Part shown: positions 37,058 to 49,135 of the stretch, piece by piece
Numbering within the stretch: the first letter of the stretch is position 1
How the letters are laid out: each line of letters starts with the position of its first letter
Origin: Octopus vulgaris
Lineage: Eukaryota
Length of the DNA stretch: 64,000 nucleotides
Direction: 5' to 3'
NCBI GenBank assembly: GCA_951406725.2
Contig: OX597819.1
Coordinates: 38,440,001 to 38,504,000 of the forward strand
The notes under the pieces: generated by a model
Database searches by the model: none
What the model was told of the DNA's origin: nothing
Seen by the model: only the letters and a program-made list of their open reading frames with translations
Made by a program: the position numbers and the translations under genes

Positions 37058-37658
37058 TCATATGTTGTGGTGTGCGCTATTGCTCCATTCTAGTTTTCTA
37101 TTCAGGCTAGGTTTATTTTCTATTATATGTGTAGCTTCTGTAATTTGTCTAATTGTTGCATCTGTTCTATGTGTGGACAATATCTTAATCTCTATGTTAT
37201 TGATTGATCCCCCGTGTTCTTGTTCGGCGTGTTGGTACAGAATCGATGAGCTTTTACCTTCCTTGAGTTGTCTCCAATGTTCATTCACCCGCTCACCAAT
37301 GCTTCTTGCAGTTTCCCCTACGTATGTTACTGTCTTGTTACTGCATCGTCCCTCTATACATCTTATACTATAGACCACATTTCTGGCTTTACAGTTCGTT
37401 TGTGGGCTAAATCTACATACAGTGCAATAGTTATCCGTACAGAGAGTTCTACTAAAAGGATAGGTTCTACCAATTATAGATCTGATAGGGTTGCCTGGCT
37501 TTTCAACAACCTTAATTCTTAGTTTAAGTTTATCTAGGGTCCTTCTAAAGCGGTACGCTAGTTCACCTCCAGGGGTGGTGTCAACGAACATGACACTCTG
37601 GTATTTATGGCTATCATACCAAGAGTTGGCCTTCCTTATTTTCTTTTTGTCCTTTCTA
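37058..37658 (-). pseudogene. PLE GIY-YIG endonuclease, left arm (5'-truncated at palindrome axis)
   Basis: CxxxxCxxC linker, [20 protein letters not shown]...H, RQITEA, LNRK.EW. Confidence 0.88.
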
Positions 37659-38260
37659 TAGAAAGGACAAAAAAGAAAATAAGGAAGGCCAACTCTTGGT
37701 ATGATAGCCATAAATACCAGAGTGTCATGTTCGTTGACACCACCCCTGGAGGTGAACTAGCGTACCGCTTTAGAAGGACCCTAGATAAACTTAAACTAAG
37801 AATTAAGGTTGTTGAAAAGCCAGGCAACCCTATCAGATCTATAATTGGTAGAACCTATCCTTTTAGTAGAACTCTCTGTACGGATAACTATTGCACTGTA
37901 TGTAGATTTAGCCCACAAACGAACTGTAAAGCCAGAAATGTGGTCTATAGTATAAGATGTATAGAGGGACGATGCAGTAACAAGACAGTAACATACGTAG
38001 GGGAAACTGCAAGAAGCATTGGTGAGCGGGTGAATGAACATTGGAGACAACTCAAGGAAGGTAAAAGCTCATTGATTCTGTACCAACACGCCGAACAAGA
38101 ACACGGGGGATCAATCAATAACATAGAGATTAAGATATTGTCCACACATAGAACAGATGCAACAATTAGACAAATTACAGAAGCTACACATATAATAGAA
38201 AATAAACCTAGCCTGAATAGAAAACTAGAATGGAGCAATAGCGCACACCACAACATATGA
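37659..38260 (+). pseudogene. PLE GIY-YIG endonuclease, right arm (5'-truncated at palindrome axis)
   Basis: Same motifs as left arm; open to TGA at 38260; no RT domain present. Confidence 0.88.
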
Positions 38261-38784
38261 CAATAGTGGATCCTGCAAACATAATAAATACACAGGTAAT
38301 TAAAGAAATAGAAATGAATATCTATATATATGTATATGTGTATATATATGTATATGTATATGTGTATATATGTGTGTATATATGTATATATGTATATATA
38401 TATATGTATATGTATGTGTATGTATATATATATATATGTATATGTATATTCTTTTTTTTTTTTTTTTTTTTCTCGATTAGATTTATTATTATTATTACTA
38501 ATATTGTTGTTATACATACATACAAGCATATGTAATGATAATAATGGGTGGATGTAAACACATGAATAAAATTAGAACAAAAGCAACAACAACAAAAACA
38601 AAATACAAATTACAAGAATGTATATAACCAGAAGATACAAATATTACAGGCATCCCCCCACACACACTAAATAAACATAGACGCACATAGAGATATAAGC
38701 ATGCGCAAATGAAGACATACAATAGAAATACAAAATGGCTGACGGTTAGTAAGGAGAGACACAAGTAAGTGAGAAGAAAACAAA

Positions 38785-38829
38785 GGACCACTGATGCGGT
38801 CACAGGAGTGTGACGAAAGAACTTTGGCC
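38785..38829 (+). ncRNA. Hammerhead-like motif in PLE 3' region (mirror copy ~36487-36531, minus)
   Basis: GGACCA-CUGAUGCG-GUCACA-GGAG-UGUGAC-GAA-AGAACU-U-UGGCC; sense to and downstream of the endonuclease ORF; A9 non-canonical. Confidence 0.45.
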
Positions 38830-39585
38830 GAAATAAGATTAAGATTAATGTAAAAAATAAATATCACTGAAGCAAAATAACACCAAATATATAGTGCGTG
38901 TGTTTTTATTGGCTAAACTGGCAATATGACCATTCCGAAATATAACAATATCTGTTTCAACACACGACTTCACATAAAAAATCTTGCACAACAAATATTT
39001 AAACGTATATATATATATCATATCAAATATATATATATATATATCATCATCATCATCATCATCATCATTTAACGTCTGCTTTCCATCCTAGCGGACGTTA
39101 AACGATGATGATGATATATATATATATATACACGCACATGTGTGCATGTGTAAACTGAAATGTACAGTATTATATATCCATTACAGCTGATCTTAACAAT
39201 TGGTTCCACACTAGGGACTCAACAGAGTGTTAGGTAACAGCCCAATTATGTAACCCTGTGCTCTTCAGAGATGACAATAATGGAAGTTATGCAAAGATTG
39301 GCCGTAATGAATATATAATACTATACACTTCGATTAATATACCCATTCTACTATGGGTACATATTTTTCTAATTTATGGATTCTTAGATGGCTATATATA
39401 TATATATATATGAGTTTAGTTTGTGGTTCATTTTCAATTTTGTTATAAATCTTTTAAAGCTAGTAACAACAGATAAAGACCATTTTCAATAACTTATTGT
39501 CAGTTATAAAGTACAACAATAACATGAAATAAAAATACAATGAAATATTAAAAAGTGAAGAGAAGGTGATTATAAAAGTATCTTA

Positions 39586-39756
<171 letters not shown>

Positions 39757-41906
39757 TTAAAAAATTAAATAATTAAGATATTTATTACTGTAAGGAAAAG
39801 AACATTGTTAGCTTCTTAGATTTTAACATGGTCTTTTTTTTTATATATATATAATGCAGAGAATGTAGGTTTGACAGTTTAGTTCATGAATGCATTATCC
39901 AATGTCAATGTGTCCATTATTTTAACACAGTTGGGTGTGATTTAATGAAATTTGGCTACTATGTTGGAGCAGGTCAAGCAACTATGGAAGACAAGGCAAC
40001 CTTTCTGGTACTGATGCCATGATAGAATGTGCCCAAAACATCTGTAAAGTGGCTACAAATAACTGGTTGACATGTATTGTTGAGGAGAGCCATACCAAGG
40101 ACATGACAACCTCACTAGTGCTGGCGCTTTGATAAAATTCACTCAGTATTTGCTGTAAAATGGTTGGAGTTAGAGAGTGCTTAGGAAGGGTATTCAGCCA
40201 CCCCATCCAACCATCCTGTAAAAAACATAAAGTGAGACACAGTTGCACTTCTACAGGGCAGTAACTGCCAATAGGAACTGATTTGGACTGTGACGATTCA
40301 TCCAACCCATTCAAGCATGGAAAACAGATGTAGATGATGATGATGATAACGATGACAACAATGATGGTGGTGGTGGTAGTGGTGATGATGATATTGATAA
40401 ATCACATGCATTACTGATGTTTTGGTATTGTGAAATATTGATTCCTAACATAGACAAAAGCCTTAATTTTTTTTTATGTTGATCGGCCCAAGGCTATAGT
40501 AAAAGGCACTTGCCTAAGATGCCACACAGTGGAACTGAACCCAGAACCATGTGGTTGGTAATGAAGGATGTTTTTGTATTGTAATCCATAATCTGGACAT
40601 AGAATTTTGTTCATTTTCTGGAGGGTTTGAAATAAGTCTTGTATCTTTCTATAGGAAGACTTTTGTGCTGATCCCTCTCAACACCTGGTATAATTATACT
40701 TCCCTCTCTACTACAACCCCACCCAGTCAAGTGTGTTTTTTTCTTTGTTTTCTGAATTATTTGGTGACCTCACAAGTGCTTGTTGCATAATAAAAGCAAT
40801 CAATACTCTGTAAAATAGTTGGCATTGGGGAAGGTATCCAGCCATAGAAACCTTACCAAAACAGATACTCATATTAGTTAACTCATAGCTGGGACCCTAA
40901 CAAGTGCTACTACTCCAGGTTAAAATGGAGAAGTATTGGATCCTGTCAACCATCCAACTCATGCTAGGATGGAAGGCATGAAATTAAATGATAATGATAA
41001 TTATGATGATGATGATGGTGAGTCACAGGACTTCATTATCCAATGTGCCTTTCCTCTTTTTCTTATGACAGTAGTGTAGGATTTGAGGGAAATTAGGTAG
41101 TTATTTTTAGCATGTTCAACAACCATGGCAGGGATTCTTGTTGGCTCATGTTTTTAAAGTTGTCAGTTGTTGTTGTTTTGACTCTGAGCCATCACTGATT
41201 GAGCAAACCTAAGATCAAAAGCATTCCATCCATGACCATCTCATTTTTTGTATATGGAAAGAATGCATTGCTTTACATATCCCTTCCATTTTAAATGATG
41301 GTATGCAGTATGAGGGAATTTAGATTCTATTTCTAGCAGGTCAAGCAACCTTGTAGAGACTTTCTCATTGGCTTGCTGCTGCTGTTATTTAGTGCAAGGT
41401 CAGCCTTAACTGAGCAGACCTATGATGAAAGATATTCCAGCTGTTACCATCCAGTCTTTTGTATATCTCCTGTGTGTTTTTAGGGTGTAATGCCAGTTAA
41501 ATTGGTTACTCTGTCTAGCAAACTGACTGACTGTATAGAGGCTCTTTTGTTGTTGCTGTTGTATCACTACTGGTGGCAATGGCAGCAGCAGCCATGGTTG
41601 TGGTAGTGGTGATGATGGTGGATGTGTAGAGTTGATAGGAGTTGTTAAATCAATTTGGTGATCATATTTTCATTTGGCAGAGGAGGAGGGAGAGGATGGC
41701 AAGTGGTATAATTAGCATAGAAGTATGACTGAAATAACGAAAGCTATTGAGAAAGAGGAAGAATGTCGTAAACAATGTTACGACCTTGGTCAATATTTAT
41801 GATGACAGAATTTTGTTTAAGCTTACTAGTGCTGAAGTACTTAATTTATCTACTCAAGTTACTGTGTCTTTCTAACTCACCAGTCACTAACTCAATAGCA
41901 TTTTAA

Positions 41907-42124
41907 CCCTTTAGTGTTTAAACTGGCCATATCTGGCCCAGATATTCTATGTTTTATATTCAAACTGGCGATATTTAGCCTCTCACACCTAACCTACATT
42001 GACATTCTAAAAATAAACAATCACATCATTGAAAGCTCAAAGCTATAAGGTAATGCATGGTTAATTCAAAACAATTTAAGTAAAAATGTATTACATTTAA
42101 CAGAGTAATCTGAACACTAAAGGG
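41907..42124. mobile_element. piggyBac-like TTAA MITE
   Basis: TTAA|CCCTTTAGTGTT ... AACACTAAAGGG|TTAA. Confidence 0.75.
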
Positions 42125-42248
42125 TTAAACTGGCTACACCTGGCCCAAGTATTCAACTGGTTTTAAACTGGCTGGAGTCAGCTTCTCACACCTACCCTGC
42201 AATTTGCTTCTAAAAATAAACAATCACATGATCAAAATTTTGAAGGCT

Positions 42249-42796
42249 CAACTCAAAAGTTGGAAGCCGTTCAGCGACGTGGAACCAAAAGAATACCCTC
42301 CATCAGGCATTTGCCATATTCTGAATGCCTTACTTCCCTGGGCAAGGACACACTGAAACTCAGACGACTGGCAGCTGACTTGGCAGACACCCATAAAATT
42401 ATCAACCATCTTACAAACAATAACTCTGAGCACCTTTTCAAACTCCACCCGTTTAACACCCGTGGACATATTTACAAAGTCAGAAAACAGCACAGCTCCC
42501 ATGACTTTAGGAAACATTTTTTCACGCTGAGAGTTGCTGAAGCATGGAACAAACTGCCAGCATCAGTTGTTAGTTGTTGGAGCACTGCATCCTTCAAAAC
42601 TTCCATGCTTTCTGAGATTTGCCAACACTACATCTGATTTTCTCCCCTCCATACACACGCAAGCATGTACCTGACTCGTACACTGTTCGCTTTCCAGACA
42701 TTTGTACATTACTGCATATACTTTATATGCACTTTCTGACAAGTTGTGGTGCACCTGAGCACTGTATACAATAATTTCATTATTATTATTATTATT
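42249..42796 (+). mobile_element. CR1-clade LINE 3' end with (ATT)n tail, inserted in a TTAA MITE
   Basis: LEAVQRR.TK.IP..R.L.Y..L, TRGH..K, RKHFFTLRV..WNKLP motifs. Confidence 0.85.
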
Positions 42797-43759
42797 AAAA
42801 CTGTGACTAAATGAGCATTACATTTGACTGAGTAATTTGAATGCTAAAAAGTTACATCTGTCTAATTCATCAATGCTAAATTTATTTTTAAGTTTCCTAT
42901 TATAAATTCAGTTCAAGGAAGTTTGGTTTCTTTTTTTATAGTCTTTGGTTTCTTTTTTCATAGTCATTGGTTTCAAATTTTGGCACAAGACCAGCAAGTT
43001 AGGGGGAGGGGCCTAGTTGATTACATTGACCCCAGTGTTCAACTGGTACTTGTTTTGTTGATCCTGAAAGGATGAAAGGCATAGTCACCCCCAGCAGTAT
43101 TTGAACTCAGGATGTAAAGACAGATGAAATACCATTAAATATTTTGTCCAGTGTGGTAACAATTCTGCCAGCTTGCTACATTGTCTTTATTTACAGATAT
43201 TGAGAACATCAGTGTCAAGAACTTCCTATCAAACGTTGCATTGTCATCATCATTATTCTTGTTACTGATGACTTGGTTGTTGTTTAGTACCAGGTGAGTT
43301 TTGAGCAAACAGACTGGTAATCAAAGTATTCCAGCCGTGACTATTTTGCCTTTATTTCAACTTTATTTCAGGTGGTGTATCTAGGACTTCTGAGACCGGG
43401 TGTTCAAACTGAAACAGCTACACTGAGGAAGGGCCATTTAATAATAAACACAGCTGTTAAAATCACTTTAAGTTTAAATATATATTATGAGGTGTGACCT
43501 GGTAATTGACACAGTTTCACTGCAATTCTCTGGAGCTGCTCTTTACTCTCTTTTACTCTTTTACTTGTTTCAGTCATTTGACTGCGGCCATGCTGGAGCA
43601 CCGCCTTTAGTCGAGCAAATCGACCCAGGACTTATTTTTTGGAAGCCTAGTACTTATTCTATCGGTCTCTTTTGCTGAACTGCTAAGTTACAGGGATGTA
43701 AACACACCAGTATCAGTTGTCAAGCGATGTCAAGGGGACAAAGACACACAAACATATAA

Positions 43760-43822
<63 letters not shown>

Positions 43823-44029
43823 CATATATGTGATGGGCTTCTTTCAGTTTCCATCTACCAAATCCACTCACAGGGCTTTGGTTGGCCCAAGGCTATAGTA
43901 GAAGACACTTGCACTGGCTGAAACAAGTAACAGAAAAAAGAAAGATTAAGTGATAAAAGATAGAACTGAACTCATCTACATTCAAAATTCATTCATAATT
44001 GGTTGCTTATGCAACCAACAGGCAAAAGT

Positions 44030-44253
44030 TATACTCTTTACTCTTTTACTTGTGTCAGCCATGTGACTGTGGCCATACTGGAGCACCGCTTTTAGTTGAG
44101 CAAATCAACCCCAGGACTTATTCTTTGTAAGCCTAGTACTTATTCTATTGGTCTCTTTTGCCAAACCGCTAAGTTACGGGGACGTATACACACCAGCATC
44201 GGTTGTCAAGCGATGTTGGGAGGACAAACACAGACACATAAACACACACACAC

Positions 44254-44325
<72 letters not shown>

Positions 44326-44490
44326 ACAATGGGCTTCTTTCAGTTTCCGTCTACCAAATCCACTCTCAAGGCTTTGGTCGGCCTGAGGCTATAGTAGAAG
44401 ACACTTGCCCAAGGTGCCATGCAGTGGGACTGAACCTGGAACCATGTAGTTCGTAAGCAAACTACTTACTACACAGCCACTCCTGTGCCT
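44030..44490 (-). mobile_element. SINE family A, full length (adjacent copy 43540-43912)
   Basis: Complete head, internal (TA)n and tail. Confidence 0.85.
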
Positions 44491-45004
44491 ATGTTATGTA
44501 GATTAACAATATAAATTCTACACTAGATATACAACACAACACTAAGAAATTCAACAATGTTCAAGCTATTTTGAACTAAAACTAACTTCTTTTTCAATAA
44601 AATTTGATGTAGTATGATGAAGAAAATATGTTGGCAGATTTGCAATAATAGAATTTATCATTGTAAGGATAATGTAAATATAAGTTACTGTGGTTGAAAT
44701 AACATAAACCAAACACTAATTAGAATTGTAGACACTTGTAATATCAAGTTCATTTATAAATAAAATGTGATAAATCTCTATCTATTTCAGTGATTTGAGA
44801 AAAATAATGGTAAAGATATCTAATTTAAATACTTTCTCTTTGATCATTCTCTGAAAATCTTTTTGCAGACTAATTATACTAGGTTCTTCATAAGCATATC
44901 CATTCTTATAGTAATAATAACTTGTAAATCGAGGGGAAAATATGTAATGTAAAATGGTAAAAATGACAAACTGCATGATGATAAAAATTACAAGAATCTA
45001 TTAC

Positions 45005-45170
45005 CTGAAAAGCAAACATTGTTTAGCAATGTTCAGTGGGTTATAACAGTCTTCAAGTGCTGCCTGCAGTCTATGCTTAAAGGTCTCAAGGCAGTCTATT
45101 TCTTCAGTGATGTCATCCAATTTCTTATCTATCTCAGACTTCCAGAATTTTAAATCATCAAGACGTTGGT
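45005..45170 (-). CDS. TEKT1: Tektin-1 exon 3
   Basis: D-QRLDDLKFWKSEIDKKL...PLNIAKQCLLF-R; TAG acceptor, GTAATA donor, 166 nt. Confidence 0.94.
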
Positions 45171-45529
45171 CTAGATAATGGTTTAAGAGAAATGATAATG
45201 TTGATAATCACAAGAATAATCATGAATTGAACCGTAATTTCCTGAAAATTCTATCAACCATAAAATTTACAAGTTTTAAAATATTTTGTTTTTACAAATG
45301 GTTAATTATATTCCGTTATCAGATAAGAACACAATTCATTATCAACACCATACATCTGCAAAATTACATGGAGGTTGCTTGCTCTGCTGCCAAAGAAGAG
45401 CTGTAGAGGAGCTCATGTAGTTCAGTTTAAGACGCCAAGATATTATTGACTGCGTCTTTATGACTTCTCATGCTGTATGGTACGAAATATTTTTGCAGTG
45501 ATACTCTGCAGCATTTTACTTCATTCTGA

Positions 45530-45923
45530 GGATCTTTTTGGTTTGAACAGCAGTTTTTAACATAATTTCTAGGTAACTAAAAAATTTTAAACTTCGTATA
45601 CTGGTAGAATGTGTTTATAAAACATCTTTCTATGGTTTGTAAGATATTTGTTGTGTTTTTTTTCTTCAATTTCTGCAATTTCAACCAATCAGTGACATCT
45701 ATTGAGGTAAAAAACATTCTGTGCCGTATGAATATGTCCCTCGTTTAAGAAACAGATTGGGTTTATTTACATTTGTGAAGAAAAAAAAGATACCCTTCCC
45801 CCACCCCTAACCCTAACCTTAAAAGAGATTGAAATGCAATAGATCGATTCTAGGGTCATAATTATGGGTGACAATTTCATATGACACCACTAGAAAAAAC
45901 TGCCGTTCAAACCGAAAAGATCC
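45530..45923 (+). mobile_element. Merlin-like MITE with internal CCCTAA repeats
   Basis: Same TIRs as 26241; TSD CATTCTGA/CATTCTGT. Confidence 0.8.
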
Positions 45924-46510
45924 CATTCTGTTACAAATGATGTAAGAATACTTTTTTAATAATTTCATGTTCATCCATCAGAGTGATACGGAACTTTTAG
46001 TCTTCCTTAAGGACTTAAGGACTTGTGCAGTGACTTTGTTTGAAGTGAAGAAGAGTGGTATACCATAAACTTCACTCTCTCATCTGTAACCATCTCGAAT
46101 CCTGTGGTAAGACCAGGTCAAGATAACTGAGGATAGAGATGGATGCAGTGGATGACCATCATGTCTTACTTGCCATATCTTGCAATCTGCAATTCGCAAT
46201 GCATTGCTGCTGCTGCTGCCTTCCCCTCTGTTGAACCATGAAAGTTTCTACCATAGAGCTCACTGGATCCAGTTTTCACATGCATAGGTAGGCAAGCCCT
46301 AACATGCTAATTAACCCATAACAGAGATGCTGACAGGAATTACTACAATAGTGGCTAAGAAGTGGTTCCACATTTTTCAAAACAGTTTGTACTCCTGAAC
46401 CAGGGCCCCACTACCAGATGCCGTTTAAAGTCATATCCAGGACATTTAATAATTTACAATGTAAATAACAATATGAAATCACCATAACTGGTGTGTAATA
46501 GTTTTGTTAA

Positions 46511-46727
46511 CCCTTTTGTTACCAACCCGGCTGAAACCGGCTCTGGCTCTGAGTACAAATGTTTTGTCTTAAGTTTTGAATTAAAATCTTCCCCCAAATC
46601 TTAGTCACAATTTATGTTCTTAACACCAGCTGAATGATAACTAAGTTGTTTTACTAAATTCTTTATTATATTTAAAGTAATTGAAAGAAACACAGAGCAT
46701 CTCAAAATAAATACGGTAACGAAAGGG
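46511..46727. mobile_element. Second piggyBac-like MITE family
   Basis: TTAA|CCCTTTTGTTACC ... GGTAACGAAAGGG|TTAG. Confidence 0.65.
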
Positions 46728-47536
46728 TTAGACTGATATGGTCATACTGTACAACCTTTTGTCTCAATTCAGAATATTTTCCAAACACTTTCTCATGAAT
46801 TCTATTTTGACATTATTTTCTTATTACTCCGTTAATCTCTCCCATCAGGTAGTGAGATTTACAACCTCTTTTAGTGAGATATATAGCAAATTTCTGGTTG
46901 TATTAGTTCTATGATGATATTTGCAATGAAAATTTATATAATTATATTTTGTAGTTCCAAAGTTTCACTTCATAGCATCCAATATTGTATTTGTATGCAG
47001 GATTCTCATGAATTATCATGGAAAGCTAAAAGCTATCTCTTTCATTTCTTTATCATATCTCAACAAATTTTTGCAATTAATATCTCAGGGAAATCTATCA
47101 GTAACTCTCAACTAGTTATATCTCATAAATAAAGCATCATTATTCACTGCCAATATGTTATTGCAACATTTCATGTAATAGACATACAATTAGACTCCTC
47201 TAATCTTCTTTAAGTAATAACTTTCAAATATAAACCTTTGACACATTCCAACAGTCATTTCATACATTAAAATTTTCCTTCTACTCATTCCTGTAATGTA
47301 TTAAACCATAAATAAAAGCAACTCTAGTAAGTATAGTTGCTAAATTGTGTGTATGTGTGTACGTGTGTGTTTTTATTGGTAGTGTATTATATCTAAAAAG
47401 CCAGATAGAGTTGGCGATGTACTGGAATATTTACAATATATGAAATGGTATCTGCAATGTTGTTTTATAATTCTTGAATTTTCTTTCTTTCTTTCTTTCA
47501 TTATTTTTATGAGAATAGTCAATAAAAAGTATTTGC

Positions 47537-47554
47537 TTTCTCCTAAGGTGAACT

Positions 47555-47591
<37 letters not shown>

Positions 47592-47719
47592 TTAACGTCC
47601 GTTTTTCATGCTAGCATGGGTTGGACGGTTTTGACTGAGGGCTGTCCAACCCATGCTAGCATGGAAAAACGGACGTTAAATGATGATGATGATGATGATT
47701 TAGTTCATCTTAGGAGAAA
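47537..47719. repeat. Fold-back of two LINE tails including ~21 bp of flanking DNA
   Basis: TTTCTCCTAAGGTGAACTAAA-(TCA)n-tail / tail-(TGA)n-TTTAGTTCATCTTAGGAGAAA. Confidence 0.85.
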
Positions 47720-48219
47720 ATAATAATAATATTAATAATTTCAAATTTTGGCCATAATAATAATGGTGATGATGATGACACATACACACATAGTCACACA
47801 ATAGATGGACAGAATCACCCATGCCAGCATGGACAGCGAATGTTAAACAATGATGATGATATATATATCATCATCGTCATCACTATGCTGTGTGTATGTA
47901 ATGTATTTTGTCTGTTTATTGTATATATATATATCATCATCATCATCATCGTTTAACGTCCGCTTTCTATGTATGTACTTATTTTTAGTCTTTTATTCTT
48001 TTATTTGTTTCAGTCATTTGACTGCAGCCATGCTGGAGCACTGCCTTTAGTCAATCAAATCGACCCTAGGACCTATTCTTTGTAAACTTATTCTATTAGT
48101 CTCTTTTTTGCTAATTTACAGGGATGTAACACGCCAACATTGACCATCAAGAGATGGTGGAGGGACAAATACAGACACACACACGCACACACACACACAC
48201 AAACACACACACAAACATA

Positions 48220-48254
<35 letters not shown>

Positions 48255-48756
48255 GTATAGGTGGGCTACTTTTAGTTTCCGCCTACCAAATCCACTCACA
48301 AGGCTTTGGCCAGCCCGAGGCTATAGTAGAAGACACTTGCCCAAGGTGCCATGCAGTGGGACAAAACCCATAACCATGTGGTTGGGAAGCAAGCTTCTTA
48401 CCACACAGTCACTCCTGCGCCTATATACATAAATGATAAAATATATGTTTCCATCTTGAGCCATGCCAGGCTTATGAGGGCCAGTTTCAATGGTATATAG
48501 ATTCCCCATCTGGACAGGATGCTGGTCTGTTATAGGATTATTCATTTTGCCAGCTGAGTGGACTGGAGCAATGTGAAATGAAGTGTTTTGCTCAAGGACA
48601 CCATGCATCACCTGGTCTAGGAATTGAAATCACAATCTTACAATCGTGAGTCCAACACCCTAACCACTAAGCCACGTGCCTCCACTACATGTATACATAC
48701 ATGCATATCGCTTTTGTGACCTCTATTAATTTTGCTTTCAGGTTCTAATTGCTAGC

Positions 48757-48800
48757 AATTAAAAAGGGTGGTTTATTATAATAAGCCACCCTTTTTAATT
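48757..48800. repeat. 44-bp zero-spacer palindrome
   Basis: AATTAAAAAGGGTGGTTTATTA|TAATAAGCCACCCTTTTTAATT, one mismatch. Confidence 0.85.
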
Positions 48801-48874
48801 TATATATATATCATCATCATCACCATCATCGCTTAATATCCGTCTTCCATGCTAGCATGGTTGGTTGATATATG

Positions 48875-48956
<82 letters not shown>

Positions 48957-49070
48957 GACACACATACATATATACATGTATACTTGCTTAAGGTGTTGCA
49001 CATTCAAAATGAACCTCAAGCCATGTGGTTGCATAGCTACACCACCACTATATATCTGTATGTATATGTA

Positions 49071-49132
<62 letters not shown>

Positions 49133-49135
<3 letters not shown>

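Larger units (their letters stand above)
36365..38951. mobile_element. Penelope-like retroelement 3' portion present as a zero-spacer inverted duplication
   Basis: Arms of ~1293 bp are reverse complements about CTA|TAG (37658/37659); each encodes a GIY-YIG domain; (TA)n on both sides. Confidence 0.92.

Noticed and set aside
36756-37373. 205-aa and other Y/I/H/M/C/V-rich ORFs throughout the window
   Set aside because: Products of (TA)n, (CA)n and (CATA)n microsatellites or antisense frames
37607-37658. Apparent start MAIIPRVGLPYF.. of the 217-aa endonuclease ORFs
   Set aside because: It is the antisense of the opposite palindrome arm; the real element is truncated at the axis, so this is not an intact gene
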